A DNA stretch of 64,000 bases from Prorocentrum cordatum (Eukaryota): NCBI GenBank assembly GCA_963575745.1, contig CAUYUJ010000172.1, positions 1 through 64,000 on the forward strand. Direction: 5' to 3'. Below are positions 1 to 13,500 of the stretch, in pieces (positions within the stretch are counted from its first letter, which is position 1; every line of letters starts with the position of its first letter). Both the position numbers and the translations under genes were made by a program. A model generated the notes under the pieces. The model did no database searches. It was given only the letters and a program-made list of their open reading frames with translations, and was not told the DNA's origin.

Positions 1-133
1 CTCCTCCTCCTCCTCCTCCTCCTCCTCCTCCTCCTCCTCCTCCTCCTCCTCCTCTTCCTCCTCCCCCTCCTCCTCCTCCTCCTCCCCTGACCACCGCGCC
101 CCCCCCCCTCCGCCAGCAGCCGCGGTCCTCCAC

Positions 134-197
134 CCGCAGGCTCCCAGGGGCCTCCTGCTTCTCCACAATCTGGGCGTCGGGCGGGACCGCGTACAGC
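134..197 (-). CDS. Candidate micro-exon (LYAVPPDAQIVEKQEAPGSLR)
   Basis: CGCAG|G acceptor, then an open frame with coding-like codons; donor position uncertain (CGG|GT at 134 or an earlier GAG|GC). Confidence 0.4.
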
Positions 198-2129
198 CTG
201 CGGGCCCACACGAGGAGGGGGCGAGGTGGGAGGAGGGGAGGAAGAAGGAGGGTAGAAGGGGGAAAAGGGTGGAGGAGGCGGAGGAGGGTGGAGGAGGACG
301 GCGAGCAGGAGGAGGGGGGATGGAAGAGGAGGGGGAGGAGGGGGGGAGGAGGCGAGGAGAAGGGGGAGAGGGTGGGGGGGGGGAAGGCGGTGGAAGCGGA
401 GGAGCACGGGGAGCAGGAGGACGGGGGGGTGGGGGATGGCGCGAAGAGGCGGGAGGCCGAGGGGAAGGAGGCAAGGAGGAGGAGGACCGGAGCGGACCCC
501 GGGGGTGTGCCAACGACGCTGCAGGCGGCACCGGCGCACCTCCGAGGCCCCCCGCCGCGCCGGGTGCTCCTCGGCGCCGCAGGGAGCGCCCGCTCGAGAG
601 AGAGAGAGAGCGAGAGAGAGACGATCGCCCAGCGTGCCCGCAGTGGAGCCGCCCGCCGACCTCGCAGCCCCTCTCTCCTCTCCCGGGGGCGAGAGGAGAA
701 GGGGGCGGGGAGGCTGGAACTGGGCGAGAGGACAAAAGGGGCGAGAGGAGAGGGAGTGGAGGAGGAGCGAGTACGTGCGTGAGGCGGAGCTCTCCGAACT
801 TGCATGCGACCAGGTTCGGAACACGTCACGGCGAGTCGCGAACTTGCATGCGAGCAGGTTCGGAACCTGGACCACCCCCTGCCCGCCTGCCCCCTCCGTC
901 GGAGGAAGTGTTCTGCTCTCGCGTCGCTGGCGGACGCTGGGGGGCGGGGGAGGGGGAGGCAAGACGAGGCCTGGGCGAGGAGAAAATCGGGCGAGGGAAT
1001 CTCTGAGATCCGGTGGCTGTCTCGGGCGCCGCGGCCTTCTCAGAGCGCTCGCTCCAGAACACTCCGAGTGCGTTCTGGAACGCTCCGGAACGGATGTATC
1101 ATTGTCCTAGCCCCGTCCGAGTTCGGCGGCAACTCATGGGAGCCTCCCATACCATCTTATGGCTTTTCCGAACCGACGCTTATCGACGCTAGCCGACGCG
1201 AATCGACGTTAACACGACGCCAATCGACGCAAATCGACGCTGAATCGGCGCTATCTCATCGACTCCCAGATGCTAATCGACGCTGACCGACGCAAAAGAC
1301 GGAATCACGAGGGTATACAAGGCTCCCATGATTTGCTGCCGAATCCGAAAAGGCAGCGGGGGGATGGTTGGAGGCCTAGAAATGGGCACCAACACCAGCA
1401 CAGGGGGTTACATCCACAGGGGGGAAGGAAGATGATCCTGGATTTCGGTGTTGGTGGTAATATTTCGGTCCCCTCGGCAGCCAGAATATGACCACCATCA
1501 CCGAGATCGGGATCTTCTTCCCTCGGTGGAGGCACACCGCCGATGCTGGTGTTGGTGTCAGCCTCTAGGCCTGCGAGGGGGGGCAGAACAAGACGCCCCC
1601 CCCCTCCCGCCGTGTGGGTCCCGCACCACAAGCTGCGGTGCCGGACGCGCTGCGGCAGTGGCGGGGACGGACCGGGGGGGGCGTCACGTTCCCACACCCC
1701 TTCGAGCAGCGAAAAGTTCACGACGGGAGGTTTTGTTCGCTATTTTCGGCCTCAGTGAAACCCTTACTGGGCCTCCGGACCGTCAACAGAAACGATTCGG
1801 GACGAAGAACCGGTCTCGAGGAATGGGTCGAGACCTCGGGGGGTCGACGTAGTGAAAAAAACATGACGTCAGGGGTCTGAGTATGGGGGGGAAGCAGGGG
1901 GGGGTGCATACCGCGCGTTATGGCCCAGTGGGCAAACAAAACACTCTCCCAGTAGCACTGGGTAACACTGCAAGGCGCGGCCGTGCGAGCACAGCAAGCG
2001 CGCGCCTGACAAGGATGCGGCCCTGCCCCGAAAATGTTGACCTTCACGTGACCCTGACATCTGAACAGTTTTCCCATGGGCAGGCCTCCCTCCCTCCACG
2101 TCACTCCGCACACCTCCACCCTCCTCCCC

Positions 2130-2470
<341 letters not shown>

Positions 2471-3839
2471 CGAGCCTTAGGCGCGTCGTCGTGCCGCCGC
2501 AGTCTGCAGAGAGCACGAGCTCCTCCTGTGCAGCTCGGGGGGTCCCTGGGGAGGCGGCAGCGAGACCCCACGGATGCACGAGCGGCGTTCGGCGGCTCAG
2601 AAAATTGAAACCTCGAGCACCTCGAGTGCGCTGACAACGGGTGCACACCGCGTGGTGGTCCTACGCTCGGGACTGTTTGAGAAGGACACCTGAGAGGACA
2701 CAGGTAGCTTCCGTGGGAAACCCGTGCTCCCAAGGATGGGGAGTCGGGGATTGCTGAAGGTGTCCCCGGCCCAAGGTGACCCCAGCTCTTCGCTCCATTC
2801 TGCAGCCTCTGGGGCCCTCTCGGCCTCGTGAGGGGTGCTCTAGAGTTAGGTCAGGCATGTCCCCCTAAAGGCAGATTTTGGACGGAAAAATAATCAAAAA
2901 ACAAATTGTTCGATCACATATATAAATATATATATATATATACACATATATATATATAACAAAAGACAACATAAATCGGGGGGCAAAAAAAAACGCCCCC
3001 TGACATTGTTTTGACTACTTGTGAGTATTCCTCCTGTGGGGGGACACGCCCGACGTAAGGGGTGCTCTGGATGGCCGCGGAGGGCCTCCTCGGACCGTCC
3101 CTGGGGGAACCTGTGGCGCCGGGGACCGTCCCTGGCAGCACCCGAAAGAGGCCATGAAGCTTGATGGGCAGCACACGCGGGCAAGTGCGGCAGGTTCGTG
3201 CCGTGTCGACCCCAGCGCGGGTTCCCGACACCGCGGGCATCGTTCCACCTGGAACGAGCGGCCGCGAACCGAAGCGTCACGTCCTTCAACATCGTTCGAT
3301 GCCGGCTCGCCGGCGGCGCTCAACGTTGGACGCGGGCGGCGGCGGGGTCGCCGCAGGTCGAGACGACGCGAGCCTCCCGCACGCGAGCCTCGCTCCACCG
3401 ATCCCTTTCCCCACTGGCGCGGCCTGCCACTGGCCAGCGCACCCCCCCGAGGTGGGGGTGTGGCCTGCTCCCTCCGGCCTTCGAGGGGCCCGTCCCCACC
3501 TGGGGTGACGGGATGGCGGCGCCAAGGTGCCATGGCCCCGTGGGCATGGGGATGGGCTAGACGATCCCAGACCCCCGACGTCATGATTTGTTCAGGACGC
3601 GACCCCCAGAGGTCCGGACCCTTTCCCGGGATCGGTTCTTCATCCTGAGTCGTTTGTTGGATGGTCCCGAGTCCCGGCAAGGGCCCCCAAAGGCCGAACA
3701 TGGCGAAAAACCTCCCGTCGTATCTTTCCCAACCATCCTGTGGTGTTGGGTCCTCGTTTTGCAGAGACAGCGCCCCGCGTGACTGCTCCTCCCGCTGCCT
3801 CCCCCCTCCTCCCGCGCAGTCTGCATGGCGGCGCCGCCC

Positions 3840-5425
3840 CGTTTTGGCACACCTCTCACACGGTTCGTGGCCCCATAGAGAGCTCCACCTAAGGTCCCAG
3901 CGGCAGGGTTCGCATGCAAATCCACCCTCATTTCGGCGCACCCCTCACACGGTTCGTGGCTCGATAGGGATCTTCACCGAATGCCTCAGTGGCAGGGTTC
4001 GCATGCAGTTCCACCCTCATTTCGGCGCACCCCTCAAATGGTTCGTGGCCCCATAGGGAGCTCCATCGAAGGCCCCATTGGCAGGGTTCGCATGCAATTC
4101 CACCCTCATCTCGGCGCACCCCTCACACGGTTCGTGGCCCCATCGGGAACTCCATCGAAGCCCCCGTGGCAGGGTTCGCATGCAGTTCCACCCTCATTTC
4201 GGCGCACCCCTCACACGGTTCGTGGCCCCATAGGCAGCTCCACCGAAGGCCCCAAAGGCAGGGTTCGCATGCAGTTCCACCCTCATCTCGGCGCACCCCT
4301 CACACGGTTCGTGACCCCATAGGGAGCTCCACCGAATGCCTCAGTGGCAGGGTTCGCATGCAGTTCCACCCTCATCTCGGCGCACCCCTCTCACACGGTT
4401 CGTGACCCCATAGGGAGCTCCACCGAAGGCCCCAGTGGCAGGGTTCGCATGAAGGCCACTCCCATTTCGGCATACTCCTATGAAGGCGCTCGTGTGAGAG
4501 GCCGGCCACGTCTGCAATGGAAAAATTATGTACATTCCCGAGCCTTGGAAGTTTCAGGGGGGAACCCCGGCAGGCTCCAGGAGCTCTTAGGGAACGAAGT
4601 GCAATGGCATGCTGCCGTCACAAGATGGTGCAAGTAGAAATGTGTTGGTTGTTTCCTCCTCTCCTTCTTCCCTCCCTCCTCCCTCCCTCCCTCCCTCCCT
4701 CCCTCCCTCCTTCCTCCCCTCCTCGCCGCGGATTGCCCGCAGGTCAACGCATCGCCTCCCATTCGGTACAAAGTTTGCCAATGGTGTGCAACCGAGCCGC
4801 CTGCAGCGCAGTCCATCATTTTAGCTATTTCTGCATGTGCCTAGCTACGCCATCACCTGCCGCAGTTCTCTTGCCAATGCGCCGTCTGGGCGCGGCTTCT
4901 CTGTCTGCCTGTCTGGCCTCACATGTTTCGTGGCCCACTAGGGAGCTCCTCCGAAGGCCCCAGTGGCAGAGTTCGCATGCGGTTCCCTGTCCCATTTCGG
5001 CACACCCCTAACACGCTTCATGGCCCCATAGGGAGCTCCACCGACGGCCCCAGTGGCAGGGATCGCATGGCGGCCCTGCCTCATTGCGGCACACCCCTCA
5101 CTCGTTTCGTGGCCCCATGGGGGACTCCACCGAATGCCCCAGTGGCAGGGTTCGCATGGCGGCCCCGCCTCATTTCGGCACACACCCCGCACGCTTCGTG
5201 GCCCCATAGGGAGCTTCACTGCAGGCCTCATCGGCAGGCTTCGCATGCTGACGTCGCCTCCATTTCGGCACACCCCTCACAAGCCTCGCGACCCCATATA
5301 GAGATCCACCGAAGGCCCCAGTGGCAGGGTTCGCATGCCTTCCTCTACCTATTTTGACACACCCCTCACATGTTTCGTGGCCCATAGAGAGCTCCGCCCA
5401 AGGCCCCAGTGGCAGCGCCCGCATG
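3840..5425. repeat. ~89-bp minisatellite array (GGCAGGGTTCGCATGC...GGCCCCATAGGGAGCTCCACCGAAGGCCCCAGT), interrupted at ~4490-4920
   Basis: Motif starts at 3902, 3991, 4080, 4168, 4257, 4346, 4437; diverged units resume after 4920. Confidence 0.9.
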
Positions 5426-5806
5426 CGTCCCCCAGCCCACCGCACACGTTTCGGGGCTTCCATCCGCGTTGCCCCGTGCTCCATCCCTCTCGCGGCGCGC
5501 TGCCTACGATGAGAAGGTGATATTCTACGTTGCTCGCAGCTCCACATGGTTGGGTCCTTCGCCAGGCTCATTTTCACAACGCGAAGGGGGCCTGGGATAC
5601 TGACGCACCATTGGCGTTGCAGGGCCGATCTCCTCCTCAGGCCCGACGCCACGCCACTCCGCGCCAACCGCTCGGCGGAGTTTTCCCCCCTTACGGCGCC
5701 ACGTCGGCGCCCGAAGCCCGCGCACGTGGGACACCCCGGCCGGCGATGCGGCGCCCCCGTCGCGAGGAGCCGGAGACAGGGCACGACGAAGAGCAGCGTC
5801 GACCTG

Positions 5807-6028
5807 CCCTGAGATCCTGACGCTGCGATTTTTTCACGACGGACGTTTTCGCTCAACTTTTTTTGTTTGTTTTCTCCCCTGCGCACTCCCCCTGACGTTT
5901 TCGCTCAACTTAGGGCCCTGGGACCCTGACAGATCGATCCGGCTCGAAGAATCACGCAGAGAGATAGGGTCCAGGGCTCTGGTGGCGATCTTCTGCTGCA
6001 ACTTTGTCTGCAGCGTCGGATCTCAGGG
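5807..6028. mobile_element. MITE family D (TIR CCCTGAGATCC)
   Basis: CCCTGAGATCC...GGATCTCAGGG; homologous copy at 25699-25872 and a reversed, diverged copy from ~54778. Confidence 0.75.
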
Positions 6029-6222
6029 TGCGTCAAGGACGGCGCACGAAGATCCCTTGATGTTGCAGGGCCGATCTCCTCGTCAGGCCCGACTCCACAC
6101 CACGCCGCGCCCCGCTCGGCAGATACCCCCCGGGGCGCCACGTCGGCGTCCGAGCCCGCGCACGTTTGACGCCCCGGCTGGCGATGGGGCGCCCCCGTCG
6201 CGAGGAGCCAGAGACAGGGCAC

Positions 6223-6430
6223 AAGGGGAACGAAGAACGACATAAACATAAAAACTCGGAGGTCCGCGCGGACTTCTCGGATCGGCGCTGAACACCCCGC
6301 CCTGGCGCGCGCCGCGCGCCAGGGGCGGCGCCAGAGGCGCCGCCAGGGGGGTCCAGCGAGGACCCGAGAAATCCGTGCGGACCTCAGAGTTTTTATGTTT
6401 ATGTCATTCTTCGTTCCCCTCGTTCCCCTA
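6223..6430. mobile_element. T-hairpin element, full-length copy with flanking GGCAC duplication
   Basis: ~70-bp inverted arms (AGGGGAACGAAGAACGACATAAACATAAAAACTC... / ...GAGTTTTTATGTTTATGTCATTCTTCGTTCCCCT) enclose two small palindromes. GGCAC occurs at 6218-6222 and 6431-6435. An empty site is present at 5773-5791. Confidence 0.85.
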
Positions 6431-6718
6431 GGCACGACGAAGCGCACCGTCCACCTGCGTCAAGGACGGCGCACGAAGATACACCAAAGGGGGGGGCACG
6501 ACCCTGCAGGCGTCGGGATCCACCAAAAGGGGTGGGGGGACCCTGAAGGGGGGCACTAGTTAGATCCGCTGGTTCACCGAACTGCCGCAGACAGCTGCCC
6601 CCCGCATGCCCCACCTGTCCGCAACTGTCGGGAGCTGCCGGAAGCTGGGGGGCCTGTCTTGGGCGGCTCGGTGCAAGAACCGCGCGATTTCACGCACGCC
6701 CCGGGGCACACACGCGCA

Positions 6719-6753
<35 letters not shown>

Positions 6754-6821
6754 TCTTGATTCGCGGGTCGAGAGCGAGCCTCTTCCGGTCGAAGCTAAGC
6801 GGGCCGCGCACAGCTTTGACA

Positions 6822-6872
<51 letters not shown>

Positions 6873-7387
6873 GCGCCCCCTGCGGGATCCCGAAGGTGCT
6901 CTCGGGGGCGGGCAGAGGCGGGCAGAGCAGGGCGAGAAGCCAGAGAAAGAGGCGGCTGGAGCCGTCTCGGATCTGGGCCGCGGGCGCCCAGGCGCTGCTT
7001 TCGGGAGGGAGGCTCTGTGGACGCGTTCAACGCGTCGTCGCCTGTGCAGGCGCGAGTGGAGCAGTGGCCCGCGTAGTTCGGCGTGCTATGTCGAGGGGTG
7101 ATGTTTCTCAGCCGTCCCTGGGTTCAGCTGCCGGTAAGGGCTCGCATTGGCTCATTGCGGGCGATGTCTCTGCCAGCGTAGTATGCGATGCACTAGAAAC
7201 CACTACAGCAACACGTTCACGTGCAGCGAAAGTGGCCACAGGGCCATAGCAGGGCAGCGCGCGTCATCCAGCGAAGACCGGCCTGGCCGGGAAAAAACAG
7301 GGACAGAGCCAGGGTGCGGAAAAAGGCAAGACCGAGCGCAACCAGGCCTCCAGGACAACCGCCGGGACAGCCCTCGGAACAGCACCC

Positions 7388-7722
7388 GGGACAACCATCC
7401 AGAAACCATCGGGACAACCATCGGGACAACCATCGGGACAACAATCGGGACAACAATCGGGAAACCATCGGGACAAGCATGGAAACAACCATCGGGACAA
7501 CCATCGGGACAACCATCGGGACAACCATCGGGACAAACATCGGGGCAACCAACGGAACAACCATCGGGACAACCATCGGGACCAACCATGGGGACAACCA
7601 TCGGGACAACCGTCGGGACAATCATCGGGACAACCATCGGGACAACCATCGGGACAACCATCGGGAAAACCAACCATCGGGACAACCATCGGGACAACCA
7701 TCGGGCCACACATCGGGACAAC
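7388..7722. repeat. 12-bp tandem repeat (GGGACAACCATC)n
   Basis: Direct reading. Confidence 0.95.
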
Positions 7723-8789
7723 CAGGAGCCACCAGGAGCAACGGCGCGGACACGGGGTGACCCTTCTCAAACACGCACGGCACGAACAAAAACGAAACGA
7801 TTTCATGGTTGAGGCACCTCCCCCTTCACTTCGGACTCACGGCGTCTTCAGCTCGGATGCCATCAGCAGAGCTCCGAACTGAGCGCCCGTCCTACAACAG
7901 GTTCGCATCGGAATCGAATTACCGCCTCATCCTCATGCTTCTGAATTGGTTCCTGCTTCGACGCCGTCAGAATAGGCTGTCCCCACACACGCCCGCGGGC
8001 TCCGAGAAGGCGCACGCGCGCGCGCTGGCAATTGACTGCGTCCACGGGGTGAGAAAATCGGACGGGGGGGCAGTGGGCGCAGGGCGAGACTGGCATCAAC
8101 TCTTCTGGAGGGGCCCTGGGACACACAAATCCGCGGACCCCTTGTGGGTCTCTAGGCGTGTGACATTGTTTTTCCCCCATAAGCCCCCCCCCCCGGGACC
8201 CCAAACCGGCAATTTGACCCCCCCCCCGTCGGATCCGACCCGCCCCCGAACTCATCAGGGGCGGTCGGGGCCCCGCAGGCTCCGCCTGGAGCTCCAAGAC
8301 AATTCGTAAAGCCTCCCAAGACACCCCCAAATCGCCGAATGATCGATCCAAGACGCCGCGATGACTCCCCAAGAGGCCTCCACGAGGCTTCCCAGAAAGC
8401 CCCCAAGATGCCGATATCGTCGAATTCCCATGGGGATTGTACACTTTTCGTATACACGCCTTTTCGCCCTTCGCGGCGCGGGCGAACACCCGCGAGGCAC
8501 CCAAAACCGCTCCAAGACAGCCCAAAATGTTCCCAAGATTCCCTCAATACTGCCCAAGAGAGCCCCAAGGCGGCCCCAGCGGCGCCCAAGACGGCACTCA
8601 AGCGCTCCAAGACGGCGTCAGGAAAAGGCCACAAGTGGCTGCCAGGAAGCCCAGAAGCCTCCAAAAGGCACACAAAAGGCCCAAAATGTCTCCGAGAGGC
8701 TGAAAAGAAGCTCTGGAACGGCGTCCAGGAGCCTTCAAAACTGACGCCCAGAGGCTCGCGGGAACCCTCCCCGCGAGATTCCTACGGAC

Positions 8790-10530
8790 GTTCCCGATGC
8801 TTCATACTCACAACTCAGGCAGGGCGGCGGGATGGACCGAAGGCTGCGAGACACTGTCGCGGAGTTCGACCGCACCGACAACGTCATACCCGGCAACTCG
8901 ACTCACCGCCTTTATACCACCTGCATAAGATTTGCCCCCCCTTGGCCTCCAAACCGAAACATCGACAAACTCCCTTCCTTTGCATCACCCCCTCCTCTCC
9001 CTGTCCCTCCTGACGGCACCGCGCACTCGCGCGCTGCTACAAGCGCTGCCACGGGTCTCACGCGCAGGCTTTGCACTTCAGCGTGCGGTTTCGGTGGGCA
9101 CGCGCGAAATGCGGTCCACCCGCGAACTGAGATTGCGGGAGCTTCCTCTTGCAAGCGCCGAAGCACTCGCCCGCTCGCGAACGCCGAGCCGCGAAGCCGA
9201 CGACAATGCACTCCGCGCGTGAAACTTGATTGTTCCTCGTGAAGTGGTCACTCTCTTGCCTGTCGCTGATGTGATGCTGCCGAGCGAACTGCTTCGTGCA
9301 CGCTGTACACGTCAACAGAGCCTTTTCAACCGCTTCGCCGCCTTGGCAACTCCCTTCGCGCTGACTCCTCCTGGCGACGCTGTGCGCACACCACCCTTTT
9401 TGTTTTCGTCGCCCGGTGGCTTTTTCACTTGATTCCTACTCAAACGGCCAACCTCCCAGAAAGACACCCCGCAACCGGGCGCACAGCACGTCAGCGGCTC
9501 CGCTTCCACCTCTGCTTTCTATTGTCGATTCTCTGCTTCGCAATGCCTCCGCAGCACCACCTTCTCTCGATCCTCCGCGCACTTCCGACGCAACCTCTGC
9601 CCCGCTGCGTTGAGTTTCTTTTGAGCCCCCCGACATATCCGCCTGTTCGTCGCACAGCGACAGGCACTTATCGTTCGTACATCGCACAGTGCCCACGCTC
9701 TCTGTCCACTTCGCGTCGCCGCTCCTCGACTTCTGCTGGGCTTGGACATGGCTGCACTTCGCGCAGCACATTGTCCGAATCCATTTCGTCTCCCGTCTCC
9801 CTCTCGTCGACCGCGCCGTCCGCTTTCCGACGGGCACAATTTCGAGTCGCCTCGTCACCCCCCGCTCTTTGTTGCCCACCCTGTGCACGTTGTGCACCAT
9901 TTCGTCCGCGTGTTCATCTCTTCTGCGCACTCCTCGCAGAACGCCGGCCGATCCTTCCTCTGGAACGCATACTTCGTGCATGCCTCTACAAGCAACCTCC
10001 GCCGGCGGCGCTCGCACTGGTCTCGCGGCATCAGTTCCGCCTCCCACGCATCCCAATCCACGCTCTCCTCTCGTAGCACCTGCAATAGTTTTTTGTTGCG
10101 CGCCCGCCATCTCACCTGCGTTGTAAGGTGTCCTATCAAAAAGGCCAGAAGATCAGCAGGTTCTCTCGCCTGCGCACGCGCGTGATGGCAACATAACTTG
10201 ACATCCAACTCACGCCGCGCCCTCTTTCAAGGTCCGCTATCACTGCCCCCATTGTCTGGCCTTGCGCAGAGTGCGCCGTCACTGCCAAAGCCAGGGTTAT
10301 CATAAACTGGGTGCCTTTCACACTCAACACTGGATGTTTCCTATACCCGCCCAAGAACCAATTCCGACCTTTCGATGGGAAGATCGGATACAGACCCAGC
10401 CCCCACCCTGGCAGGTGCCACTCCTTCGTGTGGAATACCAGAAACGCGAACCGAAAATACCAAGAGTCCAGCCCAAGAGAGCTCGAAGAGGCCGCACTGA
10501 CAACCCGAGGGAGACCCGAATGCCCGGGAA
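8790..10530 (-). pseudogene. Decayed Pif1/RecD-like SF1B helicase C-terminus plus CxxC-rich tail; probable Helitron-like transposon remnant
   Basis: Reads QFMITLALAVTAHSAQGQT..VIADL..SYVAITRV..LLIFWPF (SF1B motifs V/VI, ~10140-10310). After frameshifts it continues DRTPYNAGEMAG / LLQVLREESVDWDAWEAELMP and several CxxC pairs (CEEC, CTTC, CTAC, CLSC), with many stops. Boundaries are approximate. Confidence 0.75.
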
Positions 10531-13500
10531 AGCGACTCAAAATAGTGAGTCTCCAGTGCCCGAAAAAGAATGTCCCGACATCCCCTACGAGATTCTGAGT
10601 TGGCACCCATACCGAACCAAAGGGTCGGCGGATGCGGCGTAAGCCTGAAGAATAAACAGACACAAACAACAGGATCCCCCATATCTTCGTATATTTTCTG
10701 GGCTCCCGTCTTCCCCCCTCTGTGCGTTTTCCCCTCCTGATCTTCCCCATCTGAGGGGCAACGTCAGGGCGGGGCCGGCTCATGGGGGGGGGAGCATCGA
10801 GCAGGAATCGGCGGTACATCGTCGATGGATCGGCGACCGGCCGCCGAGAGCGACTCCGCACGTTCCTGGGCGGGGAGGGCTATCAGGCAATCGGCGATCA
10901 GTAAGCGATTGCGGGTCAATGCTTTCCCCCCCTGAGCCTACCGCCCGCCGGCATTGCCTCTGGAACTGCCTGAGAAGATTTGGGGGGGCAATCGGCGCAA
11001 GGTTTGACTGTCCTCTCCTCCTCTCCCTCCCTCCCTCCCTGCCTCCCTCCCTCACTGGCAATATACTGGGATCGGAGCCTGCGTAAAACAGGTCCTCCTC
11101 CCTCGAGCCTCGCACCCTCCTTATCTCCCTCCCTTCCCTCCCTCCCTCTCTCCCTCATCCTCCTCCTCCTCCTCCTCCTCCTCCTCCTCCTCCTCCTCCT
11201 CCTCCTCCTCCTCCTCCTCCTCTTCATCATCATCGTCCTACTACGCCTCCTCCTTTTCCTCCTCCTCCTCCTCCTCCTCCTGATCCTCTTCCTCGACATC
11301 CTCAGCCTGCTCCTTTTCCTCATCCTGGTCCTCCAGTTCCTCCTCCTCCTCCTCGTCCGCCTCCTCCTCCTCCTCCCCCTCCTCCTCCTGCTCTTCCTCC
11401 TCCGCCTCCTCTTCCTCATCCTCCTCCTCCTCGACTTCGAATTCGACTTCGAGCGATGCCAGAGAGGAGTCCTGGGCAGCCCGCGGGCCGCCCGTGCGAG
11501 CAGCGTCACCACTGCTCGCGGCCTGGCACCGGGGGCGGTTCTCCTCCTCTTCATCCTCCTCTTGTCTGGCTACCTACCAGACCACCCCAACCCAAGCCGA
11601 AGACCTGAGTTTCGGGTTGGGGGCGGCACGGGTTCCAGATGTGTTTTTGTCAATGCTCCCCGACCCCCCACACTGGAAATGGAGGGCAACTCGAGGCCTT
11701 CGTGATGGGTTGGGGTGGCTTGGTGGGTGGTGAATTTCCTACTCCTTGCTGCAGTTGTCCAAAAACATGCGTGCTTATCGAATGCAAGCTCAACGCGCCT
11801 AAGCAAAAAAACAAGTGAGCAAACCGCAAACATGATATCGTCCTCCCCCTGAAGAAGACGATAGCTAACAAACACAATCCCCCCTCCCCCCGCCCCGAAA
11901 CACACCACAACACAGACAAACTCACAACAGAACGGCCATGAGCATAAAGTTTGCAGGCTCGCGTGGACCATCGAACACGAAAACCTGTGGTAAGGTCACT
12001 TCTGCACCTGTTATCCTTATTCGATCCTTTTTGTTGCCTGCACCCGCCTCCTCCTCCTCCTCCTCCTCCTCCTCCTCCTCGCCCTCGTCCTCCTCCTCCT
12101 CCTCCTCCTCCTCCTCCTCCTCCTCCTCCTCCGCCTCCTCACCCTCCTCCTCCTCCGCCTCCTCCTCCTCCGCCTCCTCCTCCGCCTCTTGGACCACCCC
12201 CCTCCTGCGTCAAGGGCTCGCTGCGTCAGTCCCCCCCCCGAGCCCACTCCCGTCCCAGGCGGCCCTCGGGGCCAGCGCTCGGGCCCCCGGGCGCCCTCGG
12301 GAGCGAGCCCCGCACGCCCGCGGAGCCCCCTCGGCGAGGCGCAGCCGCTGCAGAGCACCCCGCGGCTGGCAGGCACCGCCGATCGGCGACACGCAAGAGC
12401 GACCCTGGGCAGCGCGCACAAGGGGGTGGGGGGAGGGGGGAGGGCTTCTTAGAAGGAGGCTGCTTCTCAGAAGGCGCCGGCCTTACACCTATAGAGAAGG
12501 CCCGCGCCTTCTAGGAAGCGGGGGTGCTTCTGGGAAGCCTTCCCCACCCCCCCCCCACCCCCCTCTGCGCGTGGCTGAGACCCTGGGCAGGAGTGACCTT
12601 AGGTGCGCGGAACAGGGGGTGCGTGGCCAGATCCAAGCACGCAAGCAGCCGCGAAAGCCTCGCGCTCAGCAATCGGGGGGGGCACCCCGTTGAGCCCGCG
12701 CCAAAGGTCACTCCAGCGAAGGGTCACTCTTAGGCGTAGTCGAGCCGAGGACCCACGGAAACGTCCAGTCAGCAGCCCCGAGCCTGAGCCTATCCTTAGG
12801 TCGTGCGTGTCCTCCTACAAGCGGATTTCGGACGAAACATTCGAAATACCAGAACGTCCCCAGACTATTTTTGACTATTTTAGAAGATTCCCCCTGTAGA
12901 GGGACAGGCCCGACTCAAGCCGATCCCATCCTGCATCCCTGGGCCTTCTTGAAAAGCCCTTGCCCTGAGGTGATGTTGAAAACGCTGGGGGTGTTTCTTG
13001 TCGCTTCTGGGATGGACTCCGTTTGGGGTCCGTTTGCTCTCCTCCTTTGGGGAGATTCTCGTTCGCGCCATTCTCGGTCCGGTTCTGGTCTGCACTGCGG
13101 TTGCGTTTCTGGCTTGGGCTGCCGCTGCTTCTTCCGTGTTGGTTGGCCGAGAAGCCCGAAAGGCTGCCAAAACGGGGAGGCAAAAACGCCACCCCTCGCG
13201 CTCAATCTCGACTAGACCCGTGCCTCCCCCCCCTCCCCGGGGCGGCGGCCGCCCCCGCGTCGACTCCGCGCCGAATCCGCGTCGAATCCGCGTCGAGCCC
13301 ACGCCGAATCCGCGCCGAACCCACGCACGTCGGAGCATGCGAGAGGCCCCCCAAACACGCAGAGTAGCCGCGAGGAGCTGTGGCAGCCTCCCCCGCCTCG
13401 CGCCGCGCCTCGCCCCCCCCCCGCCACGCAAGCCACGCGGGGCACGTCCAACCCAGCCACAAGCTGGGCAAGACGAACTCAGGAGGACGAGTATGATTTC

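Noticed and set aside
3840..5425. CRISPR-like regularly spaced repeats
   Set aside because: Whole 89-bp units repeat with no unique spacers, there are no cas genes, and the context is eukaryotic.
11925..12035. Possible pogo DDE fragment (KKDRIRITGAEVTLPQVFVFDG)
   Set aside because: Too short and too weak to assign.
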